From positions 232,031-296,030 of the forward strand of contig MU006107.1 in NCBI GenBank assembly GCA_010093705.1: a stretch of DNA of 64,000 nt. Direction: 5' to 3'. The stretch comes from Patellaria atrata CBS 101060 (lineage: Eukaryota). The notes beneath the pieces are model-generated. The model had not been told where the DNA came from and made no database searches. It was given only the letters and a program-made list of their open reading frames with translations. Made by a program: the position numbers and the translations under genes. This document shows positions 50,623 to 64,000 of this stretch, in pieces (the first letter of the stretch is position 1; each line of letters opens with the position of its first letter).

Positions 50623-53600
50623 GTTGCCGTCCTTGCTCCTCTTAGCATATACACCGAGGAGCGTACTATTGTAAGGGAATACCTCAAGGTTCACCACAGT
50701 CTGATCCTGGCTCTTACCACTGTTGGTAGTTTCATGCAACACCATATTCCAATTTCCGGATGGATTTGTGGATTTGTGAATGTATGATACCGTATGTCAA
50801 TACAGATCTGGTGCGTTTCAAGTAGGCTTAAACCCATTCGCTGTAAATCTTGGACCGTAGTGCGACAACTAGGATGAGTTGTCAAAATGTCGGAGTTAAG
50901 GTACTCATGTTCTTTCTTTTTCTTTGTTATACTGTTGTAGCGTTGTTTCCTCATTAGCAATATTTGCTTGTTTCCACTTCAGTTGAAGGGAAGTCAAGGT
51001 AAGTCAGCCGTTCCTGCTGCTACTATCTCTCATCCCTAGGTAGGTAGCCTTAAGTTAATGAGGGAATAGCCAACCCTAAAGGCAATTGTCATTACATCTG
51101 ACCTCATCTTGCGATTGATTTGGATCAGATCTAAACAGGTTAATCAGATTCACCAGAAAAGAGCGCTCTCCGCCAATTTCCAAACGGAAGAAAGCTAGCA
51201 CAATGAGGAGAATAGTGAGGCGTTTGTATGTACCATTGAGAATGGTACTCCTGTCCAATACAAGCGGCGACCGAATCGTCGCCAATCCCTTGTGATGTAT
51301 CCACTTCAGAAGTCCTATTTTTACAAGACTCAATTTGGTCACACCTCTTGGATTCAGGTCTGGACTGAACAGATCCACAGCTAGGAAGTCCTACAAAACT
51401 CAATTACTGCGTCGTACGTTAGTCTTAGATTCTTAGTGATAACCGTTACCTAGATGTGGATATCTGTGGAGACCTGTTGCATCCTGTTCTATTTCTCCTT
51501 TCCTCTAGCCGAGATGCATATTATCAAGCTCCGTCTCATTTTGAAAATATGATGTTCGCTTCGAGACCATTGACCTATCGCTCCACACTCTCACGATCTG
51601 TTATTCAGCACTGCTAGTAACACGCACTCTCGTGATTTCTTGACTCTCTTTCAGCAGTATGGTTGCATACACATATGCTATGTGAGATGGCAATCCCTCA
51701 TGTATAACACCCTAATATCGATTCCCCCGACGTCGCGTCTCACTTTTATCCAACCGTGAATTCGTAATTCGCAATGCCGTCAAGTTCAATCTAGGACCAC
51801 AAAGTGCTTAGCATCCTACAGGAGCTAGGAGACCCTGAAATTTCGTGTTATCTTGGAGAAGACATGGTGATCCAACGATAACCAGTTAACCACTTGGTCA
51901 TCATGCTGAAGTTCAGTCTGTGCTTTCCGTGAGCTTCAGCTAAACAATTGACCAGAGATATGGCCATGATAATAAGCAACCGCGCAGCAGGGATATCTAC
52001 GAACACTCCAGGTTCAAAGCGCAAACTAAATCTTCGGTTGAATACTGGAATATGGGAACCCTTCTCCGCCAATCTCGCCGTCGCCTGGTTTTTCGTGAAC
52101 TTGAACCAGGTTTGAATGTCGACCATACCAACACTAGTCATTCCATTTCTTCCAGAAGACTTCTGTAATATACCATAGCAGGAGAAGGACCCGGTTATGC
52201 ATGTCAAATGGTCATAACGCTGCTCTGATATTACATCGCCCCACGACTCTAATACAGTCTTTCCAGAATTGTCCTCCCGCAGCGGACGCCATCAGTAGCG
52301 AGAAAGGAGTCACGGTACGTACTGCATTTTTTCCTTTCTGTGCTTACGACTGGTCACGCTCATTCTCTTTCCGAGTGATTGGATGGAGACCATGGTGTCA
52401 TTGTGATTATACCCATACAACATGCGTATTCAACGGACATAACTGCAGCGGTATCATCGGACACTTGGACTTGAGGCTGTAACAAAACATCCTTACCAGC
52501 ACAGGAACCCGGAGATTAAGGTTATCCTACGATCCTCCGTATCTGAGATGTGGCGTAATGATGGCGCAGGTGATGCCTCGTGACATGCAGAGTTGCGGCC
52601 ATCCCCCAGGAAATGGTACCCAGTTGCTCACGCTGAAAGAGCCGCATGTCTCTACCGCGAAATTTTCCGCCTTTCAATTACTTGTTTTGTCATCAATAAA
52701 TGTTAGGAATTAGAGTACGAGGTGGAATGACAATTCTGCCATTCGCTCAAATATTTGCCCCTTTCATTTATATCGGAGGGGTTCAATTGACTCAACGAGG
52801 TTAGGCAATTGGATTGAACGGTTTCGCCGGGCAAGGATATAATGGAGGTCTAATATAGGAGGCCGACGATTAGTGAAAATCGCAGCTGACAGGACTCCTA
52901 GGGCGGCAGGCGGCGGTTCAGTCATAATGGCGGACAGGACTCTTAAGAGACATACCCCAGATATGCACTCCACATTTCTCCAGCTTCTATATGGGTTCTA
53001 TGGCCAGGGTAATTACGATGAGAACTTCTACTTGGGCATCAAAATAAAGCACCAGCAGCACCGTCAGCCTGTAAGACGGCAGGCATACGTGTCGAGTGAT
53101 ACATCGGGTCGGCTTGGCACAATATACTTTGATGTCTGCATCGAATCTTGCATCCTTGATTCTTCTTCTGCAGGTCCACTACCATCCACGCCAGAATTTC
53201 TGATCGAAACGGCGTTCGTCAGTAGCGCGATAGTAGCAGTGATGCTCTGGTGTAGTATCGATCACCAGCATTTTTAGCCGGTACGATAGTTCTAGCAGAA
53301 CAGGGCGGAAGCTAGAGATCAGTCAGCAATTGGGGTCTACGGTAACCGTATGACCACAGATCCCTCGAAACAACATAGTGAGTGTATAGACACAGGGCTG
53401 ACATGGGAAGACGAGATAGACCAGGAGATGACTATTGCGAGGAAAATACAACAGACACTATATTGATCCATATGGCTCTCGCTTCTCTGCTTCTCTCGCT
53501 CACTCCTGTCGCATGCAGCACGTCGAATAAGGAGATGCAACTGAACAGTGCAGACAGTAAGCGGCCTGTATCGCGTGGCCTAGGACTGCCCACCAGGAGC

Positions 53601-54220
53601 AATAATAATGCAAGCGGATGGAGTAATTGTACCATGACCGTGCTGGTCAACAAGTATTCTCTCGAGAGAACCTGACCCCCCCCTTACCGTAAAGTTCCTC
53701 GGCCTGGATACATCCTGGAAGGTTTTTAGACTGGATCTAAGAGAAGTTCGGAAAACCTTGAATAATGGATATAGACTACTACGGTAGGATGATTATTTCG
53801 CGAACATCGCCTAGAATTAGGAAGTCTCACGACTCACGCTCGCCGCTCAGAGGGTAGACGCCTGTCCAGTGTCCTACCCCCAGCCTTACTCCCCGCATTA
53901 GTTTCCAGTATTTCATCTTGAGATTTTACACCAGCCTAGGGGTTTATATCAATATATACATGCCCATGATGCCACTCTTTTCTCCTTCTTCTCCGTTTTC
54001 TACCAAAATAGACCTTCGTGTCGGACCTCATCTGTGACCTCCAAACAACAAGCGGCTAGAATATCCTTTATCCTTTCCCTCTCCGAATCACTTATCTTCA
54101 CAATATCTCGGTCCCTGGAGTGTGCCTTGACTGCATTTCCTGTCCCACCCTGCAGGCCATCGCTTCCTGCAAGCCTACAACCGGTTCCTAGGGTCCGCTG
54201 GGCCAACAATCCCGCCAATA

Positions 54221-56480
54221 ATGTCTGCAGTTACACCATCTCCAGATGTCAGCCCAGTGTCAGCAGCCACCACTAATGGTCATTTTCCGAGAGACCAATT
54301 TTGTCTTAACTTATCCACTCTCCCAGATGCTAGTAATTTCGTCCTCAAGAGCACTCTCAAATCCCCCCATCTGCTCGATTCCCCTACTGGATTCTATTCG
54401 GGTAACAACGTCCTGAACGGACAGTTCAAGAAACGACCCAGAAATATGTCTCAATCATCAGGTACCGACAGAGAGCTATCAAATGAAGCCCAACCGCAAG
54501 GAAATGGGCCTACGAGCAATGACAACCGCTCAAACCCCAAAAAGAGACCCAGTACAGATACGATAGATTATCCACGCAGACGAGCCACAATTGCGGTAAT
54601 GACAGCCCACTAATTGTTCAATTGAATTGCAGACACTAATGTGAAGATAGTGCGAGATATGCCGTTCCAGAAAATCAAGGTGTGATGGATCCCGACCAAA
54701 ATGTCGACTTTGCACAGAATTGAATGCTGAGTGCGTCTATCGAGAACCTGGAATCAAATTGGACGCTGGTGACAAACTTATCCTTGCTCATCTCAACCGC
54801 ATAGAAGGCCTACTTCAATCAAACCTTATGGCGCAGACCACTGGAATGGGGATTGCCTCTCACTCCCCCGCCGCAAGCAACAGTACCACGGAGGATATTC
54901 TAGGACGAAGCTCCAATCTCTCGCTAGGAATGTTGCCATTGAATGGAGCATTAAATGGTCTCGGAACGTGGTCAAACGCTCCTTCCAATATATCCGCAAT
55001 GCCAAAAATCCATACCACTCCTGCGCTCAATCTCCTCCAATGGCCTATGATTAGGGACTTGGTATCAAGACCTTATGATCCCCAGGTATTGTTGCAACTC
55101 GAAATGTCTCGTGAGCCCCTCCAATTGGGCACATCTTTAAGTTTAGACCTCTCAAATACGGCTACCTATGTCCAGTCCTTCTTTGAGAGGGTCAATGTAT
55201 GGTACGCTTGTGTCAATCCCTACAACTGGACGAGCTATTACCGTACGGCCCTCTCCCATGGTTTTAGAGATGGTCCAGAAAGCTGTATTGTCCTCCTCGT
55301 TTTGGCTCTCGGCCATGCTAGCAGTGCCGGTAGCATATCAAACCAACCGATGGACAAAGATCCTCCAGGATTAGCATATTTCGCGGCGGCGTGGGCTTTA
55401 CTACCAAGTCTAATGACCCGCAATACCATGCTATCCGCACAGTGCCACATTCTCGCCTCCGCTTATCTGTTTTATATCGTTCGCCCATTGGAAGCTTGGA
55501 ATCTTCTGAGTGCAACTAGCATGAAGCTCCAGTTGCTGCTTAGTGCGCCTGGAAGGTTACCACCACATGCCAAAGAATTGAGTGAAAGAGTGTTTTGGAA
55601 CACATTGCTGTTTGAAAGTGACCTGTTGGCCGAATTAGACTTACCACATTCCGGAATCGTACAGTTCGAGGAGACTGTTGGTTTACCGGGAGGCTTTGAA
55701 GAGGAAGGCGAAGAAATTGTTGGCCGCGATGAACTGTGGTACTTCCTTGCGGAGATTGCACTTAGGCGGTTGCTCAATCGCGTGAGCCACTTGATCTACA
55801 CCAAGGAGACAGCAATGACCTCCACTACAGCAACCTTGGAGCCACTAGTTGCGGAGCTTGACTTCCAATTAACGCAATGGTACGAAGGGCTTCCTCAACC
55901 TGTCCAATTCCCACATAGTAGAGTTCCTCTATCGAATCCGGTCCAAACGGTATTGCGGCTGAGATACTTCGCGTGCCGAACAATCATCTTCAGGCCCTAC
56001 ATTCTTGCAGTCCTCAACGACGAGTCGGCCGCAATGGACCTGACCGTGCAGGAAAACTGCCGAAAATGCCTCGAAGCGTGTATCCGCCAGCTAGAGCATC
56101 TTTCTGCCCAGTAAGTTCCTAAACCCTATCATGCTGCAAAGCAAATTTCTAACCATTCTCAGTCACGCCGGCCACCTCCCATATCTTTGGCAAGGAGCTC
56201 TCTCGTAGGTCTTCCAAAAATAGAATATTCTGCAATATCATACTAACGAACCAACAGCATCGTTTCACAAACTCTGCTTGTTATGGGCGCAACAATGTCA
56301 CCATCCCTTTCCGCTCTGCTGCCGCCCCCGCATCAAATGGACGTCATCATCTCGGACGTAGTGCTTGAAATCGAACGGTATAGCCATCTCGCGCCGAGCC
56401 TCCAACTCTCCGCAGAGATCATCCGGGAAGCGGAGGAAAGGAGACAGATGTTCCTTCGTTCGGCAGGCCTGAGGGTCTGA
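54221..56480 (+). CDS. Zn(II)2Cys6 transcription factor with fungal middle homology region (resembles OefC-type factors, from memory); exons 54221-54595, 54651-56110, 56163-56204, 56258-56480
   Basis: RRRATIA|CEICRSRKSRCDGSRPKCRLCTELNAECVY binuclear cluster; ERVFWNTLLFESDL; three introns restore frame. Confidence 0.93.
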
Positions 56481-56506
56481 AATTGAGCCGGCCGAGCAAG
56501 GCGATG

Positions 56507-56526
56507 CACACACACACACACACACA
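56507..56526 (+). repeat. (CA)10 microsatellite in the 3' UTR of the Zn2Cys6 gene
   Basis: Read directly from the sequence. Confidence 0.95.
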
Positions 56527-58005
56527 AAAGCAGAGCAAGAGGAGAGAGCAAAAGAAGATCCAACCAGTCGGCATGCATGAAAAGAGATGTACAAGCAGTA
56601 TCTTGCCATGTATAGCAGAAAGGGGGTGCGCACGGTCCCAGAAATTCCGGTCAGCCAACCGCTGCGAGTGGTTAGGCAGAATTTAGCCTATTTCAAGGTC
56701 TGTGTAACGTAGACTTGCCCGAAGCGGAAATTTGGCAACCTTTCAGCAATACAGCCGTCTAATGCTCACGATGATGAGGTACGCGGTGCTGGTTCCCCAC
56801 TCCTCACAACTTATTTTATACGCGCCGTTCCTGGGGCCTGGACAAACGGTAGTTGGGTTCGAGAGATGATGGGCTTTTGATTGTCAGGATGCAAGCCACG
56901 ACGAAAGAGATGGTGTGCTGAGAGGGAAGAAAGGGAGAATGAGACGCGGTTTCGAGGTATAGAGATGAGCGTCAATGCGCTCGGGCTTTTTCCCTCCAAG
57001 GAAAAATCGGGTGTAAGGATGGATAGGTGCCGAGTTGGGATCGGGTATGCTGTTGTGTAAGTTGTAGCACGAACCCCACGAGAACCATGAGACACGCCGT
57101 GCATGATGAGAGCCGGGTTACGGAATGATGCTGGGCTAAGGGTACGGGTTACGGGTTACGGTTCAAACGTAGAGGCACGGTACTGCAGAAGGGAAACATA
57201 TTTTTGACATATCACTTTTTTTTGATTTTTGCAGTTTCTTGCCATCATTTCAGAGGAGCGGGGGGGATTTGCGGCGCATGATCTTTGAAGGTCAAGGTAT
57301 TTAGCATTTCCTTTACTCTTACATCTGTACTTGTAGAATTAGAAGAAGAATTGAAGGAATCCGGGGGCACAGCACATGAGCGAGATACCAAACCGCACGC
57401 CGGCTCGTTGTGGTTCGCCATGTTGCTTACCCTCCATCTCACACACCACCAGCAAGAATAAAAAAGTCAAAGTCAAAGTGAAAGTGACTTTCGATCCGTC
57501 TCATCAGAGTCCCTTCCCATCGACTACTCCTCCTCCTCGCCTAACGTTCCTTCCAGTTAAAGTCCAAGTAGTGGCGCGCCCAGGGCTCTATCCGATATCT
57601 CATAAGCACGAGATTGCAGAAGCTTGTCTGCCTGCCTCCCGAGCAAGGGGGGCCAGCCCAGCCCGCCTAATTGGTCGCGGCTAAAGCGTCTTCTCCTTCG
57701 ATACGTTTTTCTGGAAAAATCCACATGGAAGCCGCCAAGAGTGCGCTGGCGGCGGGCTTTTGCATGGCCCGGTGGGTTATGGGGAGTAAAAACTAGGTTA
57801 CACTAACAGGAAAGACCTCAACCCTGGACGGAGCGCATTCTTCCGCTGGACTGATGCGGGAACAACTTCTGTCGATTGGTAGACTTTGGTAGATGGCGCG
57901 GGTTCTTGATCGCCTATTCTTATCCCTAGTTTTTCTTGAAGTTTGGAGTTATGGGGGAAGGGGAGGGAGGGGGATAGCGCTGACGGGTTGGGAGAGGTGG
58001 TTGAT

Positions 58006-58105
58006 NNNNNNNNNNNNNNNNNNNNNNNNNNNNNNNNNNNNNNNNNNNNNNNNNNNNNNNNNNNNNNNNNNNNNNNNNNNNNNNNNNNNNNNNNNNNNNN
58101 NNNNN
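58006..58105. other. Assembly gap (100 N, probably a placeholder of unknown size)
   Basis: Run of exactly 100 N. Confidence 1.
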
Positions 58106-61100
58106 ATACTTTGTTGAAGTAGTAGTTGTGTTGTCGTTGGTGACGAGGGGCTTGCATGAGGGGTGCCCCCATGGGGTTGTCAGGTCCTTTCGTCTAGGGT
58201 TGTTCGCTGCGACGAATCGTCATCTTCCCATGTGCGGACATGTTGCTGGAAACAGAACGGCGTTTTTTTCTGTTGGAGGGCGATGGGGTTTCTGATCTGG
58301 CGGAAGGAGATTAAAGTGATTTACAGGAGACGCTAATTGCGCAAGCAGTTGTGTAACGTCTTTTTCATACTGCGTGTTTGGCAGTTTGGTCCCAGCATGT
58401 TTTTGATACTTTGCTGCACAAATCATTACATGGAAATGAGTATCCTCGATATCAGGATCTACCAGTTTGAGAAGTGTGAATTTGAACTTCTTCAAACCTG
58501 GCCATGTATCCCGCTTCTCGAAGTTTTACACGATATCTTTTAGTCTGGATAGAAGAAGCGCTATCCCATGCTGACTCTGTGCTCCATCGTGCATGGCCAA
58601 GACAATACTACACACGTTTTAGACTCCTCTGCATGATCAGAAAAACTAGTCCCCTAGACTCGATTGAAGGTAGCGTTGACATTCAGCAGAAGTCGACTCT
58701 TAGGCAAAATCTGCGAAGTGACGACCCACGATGTACACTCAGGATATCCGCTGTGTCCTTCCCCTGTCCGTGTAAGGTAGACATAAGCCGTTGAAATCAC
58801 TGAAAGCTGTTTGGGACCCCTCAGCTCTGGTATTATGGGACCCGTGGCCCAAGTCCTAGCACATGGTCCCCTTCCCGCACTTTAAGCTTGTATCCCCGCA
58901 TTTTCCAAACTCTTTTTTGCTGTTGAGCGACGCACTGGAGGAGCGGTGACATCCAGTCTTTGATGCGTCTAGGCCACGAGGACGGGGAATCCTAGAGTTA
59001 TGCTGGGCTCCACCTATATCAGGATGCTAGGACGATATCAGCCCGGTGGATCAGTATGTCACACCGACATCAAGAGAAGAATATGCCAAGGCTTCGAAAT
59101 AACAATGTCCCCCCAACTCAGGACTTAAGGAGAGTTTGTCCAGTCCCCGAGAGAAGAATCTGATCGTCCCCAGAAGAATGAAATTTCAGTTGTTTGGCGC
59201 CCCTCGCTAGAAGGCCTAGCACTGTACTCACGTCTAGGAGAGAAAGGCCTTGCATGCGAGCGCTGGACAAGTACATAGATCAAATATTAGCCGACCATTT
59301 TGATTAAAGACCGCACCTTGTACCAGGTCGAGTTCTCGAGTAAAATATGATTGATACTAAAAAAAGGCTTCCAAGAAGCATGGTGATATACGTTCCACGT
59401 CGACCAAGAGAATACACAATCAATAGTCCTCTCATCTTTCCTTAAGGAAGACAGTCCAAGCTTCTCTGTGTAAAGCTTCGGCACTCTTGGGGGTTCTTTG
59501 AACGTCTTCTCGAAATCCGCTCGACCTAGCGGCGTACTGTCAGCGGGGAGAAAGTACATCCACATCCCAGTCGCGGCAAGCAGTTGCCGCAAACATGGTA
59601 AGGTATGCTCTATACAAGAGCCCGGGAAGCTCCTGATAGAGACCCCACGTGTATACGATCGCCCGACGGCCACTGAGGTACTTGTGACAAAAGTAGACTC
59701 TTTGTTACTTGAGATCGCTATGGACATTTGGTGATAAGGACACGTTCAGTACTAGAGTTGGATTAAGGTATCTGTTGTGTGTATGCAAATAACGACAAGG
59801 TCATCTGGATACAGTGGATCGTAATTTCTCAGGTAATAGTTGTGGCCAGACCTCTTATATCCAGGGTGTGATATATAACGATGACGGTGATACTTTGATT
59901 CAGCTGTACCAGTGCACTATTTCGAACCGAGGCTACCAATCATGATATCGGAACCGAAATCCTCTTCACTTGTGGGCTACTGATAATCTAGAATGTTTCA
60001 GTACAAGCTTAAATCTATATCTCATGGGGAGAGAATGAACTAACGTGTCCCGCAGCATGTTGAGAGACACAAACTGCAGTGCTAGGCCTTGTGAATGTAT
60101 TAACAGTATCTTTGTGCCCATAGCGAAAGCATGTAAATGTACCCCACAATATCATCAGGGGGTTACTGAGGAACTACAAGCAATGATAGCCATTCACAAT
60201 TTTCTAACCATTATTCCGTCATTACTTGGTGAAATAGTCTGATAACAGGACGGCTGTTGCTCAGAAGCTAGTAGTTCTAGTAACGCAAGAAAACACAATT
60301 GTATTAGCACTTAGAGACCTAGATTGTGTATCCATGGGAAGTGTTATTGCTTGAAAGAAGGCCCCATCCATGCTGACGAGACATAACCTGGCGTTTCTGT
60401 CGAGTCAGACATTGTGACAACCCTTGCGTACGCACGTTCAGTACGTACTGTATTCTCAGATACTGCGGAGAGATGCACACCGGCGAGATTCAGAGAAAAA
60501 AAAAGTCCTCTTCATACTGATGGATCTGCCGAGTCATTGAGTAAACCAAGAGATGTGCCTAGACGTTCACTGAGCACTCATCCGTCTCGTAAAGGGGGAA
60601 GTGTAGGATAAATGGTAGTTGAGCCTTGTTGACGTATAGAGACAAGCTTTGGAAATGACTATGTGGAAGCCGTGCTATCTACCGATCTGAATTGAATCCG
60701 AATATAGGTCGAGGATTAAGAAGATTGTATGAGAAAACCTTTCAATATTAAGATTTAGAGTAAGGATCTTAACATACTTGGATTCACCCATCCTGGGGTC
60801 TGATGGTCGACAAATGCAAACTGATCAATTATCTCGTACCCCTCTTCCTATCATGATCCTTCCGGAGTTGCGCGATTGTTCTTAGGAATCCATTGTCTCC
60901 ACCTAAGCGTCATGAGAAGGAGCCCTACTTGGTTGTACTACTCGTAGGAACTCCGTAAATGATATAAGTACAGCACTTTGGTCCTTGTATGGTACAGCAT
61001 GGGTGCAGTATCCAAGGAGTATGGACCTCTAAAATCACCGCATCGTACAGAACTATTGAATTTCATATAATGAGTCAACTGTACGAAATGACTGGGCCTG

Positions 61101-62666
61101 TAACAAGAATAGCGGGAATCATACGCAACCAGCCGGTTGTGCGATGACCAGATTTCCCTCTACTTTCGGTCTATACAAACTAACTGCACTGTATAAAATG
61201 AGTAGCCTATAGAAACTCACCCGACTATACAAACGATCGGAGATGTACAAATTCACTAATTGTCATACAGACGCGTAGACTATGGAAATAATAAGATACG
61301 TGCAATGATTCAGACATGGTAATAACTTCAATATGTATTGTACAGCATTCTTCCAGTGACCCGAGCGTCCCACAGTTACATGGACGATATAGAAGGATGT
61401 ATTATCGCTCTAACGACTTCTGGACTTTGAGCTTGTAAGCTAGAGATTCAATTGTTGAAATGCAGTCGGTAAACTCTGATACTGCAAGTAGAAATTTGAA
61501 CTACCGGGGGAATGATAGTGACTCAAAAATCTTACCTTACTTGATTTTGAGGAAAGGGGTCTTCTTCTTGGAATGCCACAATAACTGTCGAACTGTCAAG
61601 GGCGTCTAGGGCGAGTTTTAACATTCCGCTTACAATACGGACCATAAAGCGCACTGCTACGGAATGGTTTTGGAGGCAAATTGATATTTTGGCTTTGATG
61701 AGAAAACGCTAAAAAGCTCTGGCGGTTTGCAGAAACCCTTTGGTAGGTAGAATAGTCTGTCATCTAACCATGTATATCGTTCTTCAAAACAATTCATTGT
61801 GTAGGGTAATAATGTCAAATTGAGTAGTTATGAAAGCAGAAGACTTTGATAGTGGCGTTTGATCCAGATTTTCCTCGTTCGTAATTTTCACACATCATCC
61901 ACAAGGCGCAGCAATTTGAAATCGGAGTACGCGTGAACCGCTTGTCGAACATAATATTCTAGACGCGTGCGCTTTGGAAATGCAAAGGAAATGGTAGTAT
62001 TACATGAAGACAATAATCAAACCAAGGGTATACTGTACCTTGCTTGCTAGGTGAAGGATATGCCTAAAACGAACCCCTCTATAGCGACGAGCTGGATCCT
62101 TCGAATAGCCGAGAACTCCATTAAGTATGACGGATAATGTGATGTATAATGACTATTAAAGGGTGAAATGGGCCTCCAGAGGTAGTTGAGGCTGTTCATG
62201 TTGTGTAATGTACGCCCCTGACTTTCGTAGGGTCATACTTCCGTATTTGGAAATCTATACATGCCATGCCGGCTGGGTAAACCCCATGGAGTCTTCTTAC
62301 GCCCTATACGATGCGGCGAATAAACAATCCCGGCGCAAATCTATATTGTAGATTTGAGTCCATCCATGACATGGAGCGGCTAAGTTGCAGCGGCGTGTTG
62401 GTGCGTGAAAGGATGCGATGCGGGGATGAGAGCAAGTCGACTGTGAACGACAACTTCCCGGGTTATACTAGTGGAAAGACGTATGTGAGAATTTTCAACA
62501 CCGAATCGAGGCCCAGAATACATACAGGATTCAGATGTAGATATTCGGTTCGTAGCTCATGCCGTTAGCCAATATAGCTGTGTTGTGATGTGTCTCAACC
62601 TTGGCGGTTTTGGAAAGGTCTTTATAATCGTATTGGTAAAATCCACATTCAATGATGTGTAAAAAA

Positions 62667-63770
62667 TCATTTTCGTCGTGATCTAGTTTGTAATTTTCTC
62701 CTTTTCTCGAATGCATCACCGATCTCGGCTCCGGAGCCCCTAGGGCCGTCTTCAATCGGTCTTTTGCGACTACGTTCAAGGACTCCAGACTTCACTCCTT
62801 TTTTTTGCGTCAATCGATCAATTCGGTCGAGTCCAGTACCAAGATCCCTCCAATCTTCACCACCATATCCACCTTGTCTACCACGGCTAAGCCTACCCTT
62901 TTCCTTCTTGCTAGGCTTCGGTAACCGCACAAAGTTTGCCTCTTCGTAGACTCTCCGCTCTTCTTCTGCCTCTCTCTCTTTCTTAGTGATAGTGCGCCGT
63001 CCCCTAGAAACAATTGTGCTGCCCACGCTTGGCTCCGCAACTGGTGCTGTGGACAATTCTGTCGATATGAATTCATCGAGAGTCGCCGATTTCATGGGTC
63101 GACTGTCAGATTTATCCTCACGACCTCGAGTAGACGGTAAAGCTGTCGGTGTAATACGTGGTGGCTGATAGATTCTGTCCGTGGATTTACCCTCAACTGA
63201 TGATTTCTCTAGCGGGGGTTCTGGGCGTCGGAAAGCGGCTGGATTAGGACGAAAAGAAAGCTCATCAACATCCTCCATAGGCGACGGCAGTCGTGGGACT
63301 TCATCATCACTTCCATCATCTTCAGACCCTTCTGCTGATTCCTCACTACTATCGCGGGTCTGCTTTATCTTCGGCTTTCTCTTTTCGTTTGGTTTTACCG
63401 CCTCGTTTCTCGACATGTCATCCGCGCAGCGGATGACTTTATCAATCTGGTATTTCAGACGTCCCTCTAGCGGCCGGACGCCCTTCTCTAGGTATGCACG
63501 GTGTTCTACGAGCCTTTTTACAACGTCCTCACAAAGATTGAGGGAATCACCTATAGCTTCTCCTCTTGCAATAGCGGATTGATTTTTCAGCTTGAGGATA
63601 ATCAGAAATACAAGGTTTTGGAGGTACGATAGAAATAGATCATTTTTGCTATCTAGCAAAGAAATTCCATCAGCTGGTGGAATGATATCGATCTCGTCGG
63701 GAAGTACAGTAATTGCGGAGTCTAAAGATGTAGTGAGACTCGTGAGTAGTTCCGGTAGTGTTGCAGCCAT
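62667..63770 (-). CDS. LCP5: SSU processome protein Lcp5/neuroguidin (Sas10/Utp3/C1D family)
   Basis: GISLLDSKNDLFLSYLQNL, LEKGVRPLEGRLKYQIDK, IYQPPRI, YEEANFVRLP motifs. Confidence 0.9.
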   Translation of the reverse strand: MAATLPELLTSLTTSLDSAITVLPDEIDIIPPADGISLLDSKNDLFLSYLQNLVFLIILKLKNQSAIARGEAIGDSLNLCEDVVKRLVEHRAYLEKGVRPLEGRLKYQIDKVIRCADDMSRNEAVKPNEKRKPKIKQTRDSSEESAEGSEDDGSDDEVPRLPSPMEDVDELSFRPNPAAFRRPEPPLEKSSVEGKSTDRIYQPPRITPTALPSTRGREDKSDSRPMKSATLDEFISTELSTAPVAEPSVGSTIVSRGRRTITKKEREAEEERRVYEEANFVRLPKPSKKEKGRLSRGRQGGYGGEDWRDLGTGLDRIDRLTQKKGVKSGVLERSRKRPIEDGPRGSGAEIGDAFEKRRKLQTRSRRK

Positions 63771-64000
63771 GACAGTCTACTTTCCAATGTTAATGTAGAT
63801 TTGAGAGGTTGGGAGAAAGTGTCAACGGGCGATTTAAATTTTTGATATTGCCAAGACGCTATCATATGTCTAATCCGAATTCGGTAACTCCGCAACTCCC
63901 AATATTCTTTTCACATACGACAACATTTGTGACGGAATTGACATAGTATGTTCCACTGTTATTGGACGAAACATACTTCCTTAAAGGGCATTTGAGGTTG

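Noticed and set aside
57114..57163. GGGTTAC repeats as interstitial telomere
   Set aside because: Only about three degenerate units, and not TTAGGG.
63913..63925. ACATACGAC resembling the fungal 5S rRNA 5' end
   Set aside because: The match stops after 9 nt; no internal 5S sequence follows.

Overview
Eukaryotic nuclear DNA from a filamentous ascomycete (Pezizomycotina; Dothideomycete-like, by impression only). It is gene-dense, with short GT-AG introns carrying CTRAY branch points, and has two N-gaps. I rebuilt about 27 spliced protein-coding models by hand: flotillin, Sua5, Rad21, Pmr1 Ca/Mn-ATPase, primase Pri1, a DUF1917/Bles03-like protein, allantoinase, a degenerate NMP kinase, SCOT, a BRCT protein, Pro2, GH16 Crh, GH20 hexosaminidase, AP-2 sigma (missed by the ORF track and cut by a gap), Sub1/PC4, an MFS transporter, a Fus3/Kss1 MAPK, a 55-aa Cys-rich protein, Dbp3, a Zn2Cys6 factor, Lcp5 and several hypotheticals. 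No rRNA, intact tRNA, CRISPR array or recognisable transposase/RT was seen. The most interesting unexplained signals are non-coding: (i) a ~450-nt long-range-paired RNA candidate at 24.8-25.3 kb; (ii) a ~170-nt tRNA-headed Pol III-type element with a cUUCGg hairpin and T-run at 44.9-45.1 kb; (iii) an ~800-nt AUG-free, probably spliced leader upstream of the MAPK; (iv) a recurrent non-coding TACWGTA palindrome. Coding oddities: a disordered protein with four LxxS[RK]W motifs, an NMP kinase whose P-loop lies out of frame between two compensating lesions, a GC-AG intron and three stopless 3n introns. All family calls are by motif recognition; no database was searched.
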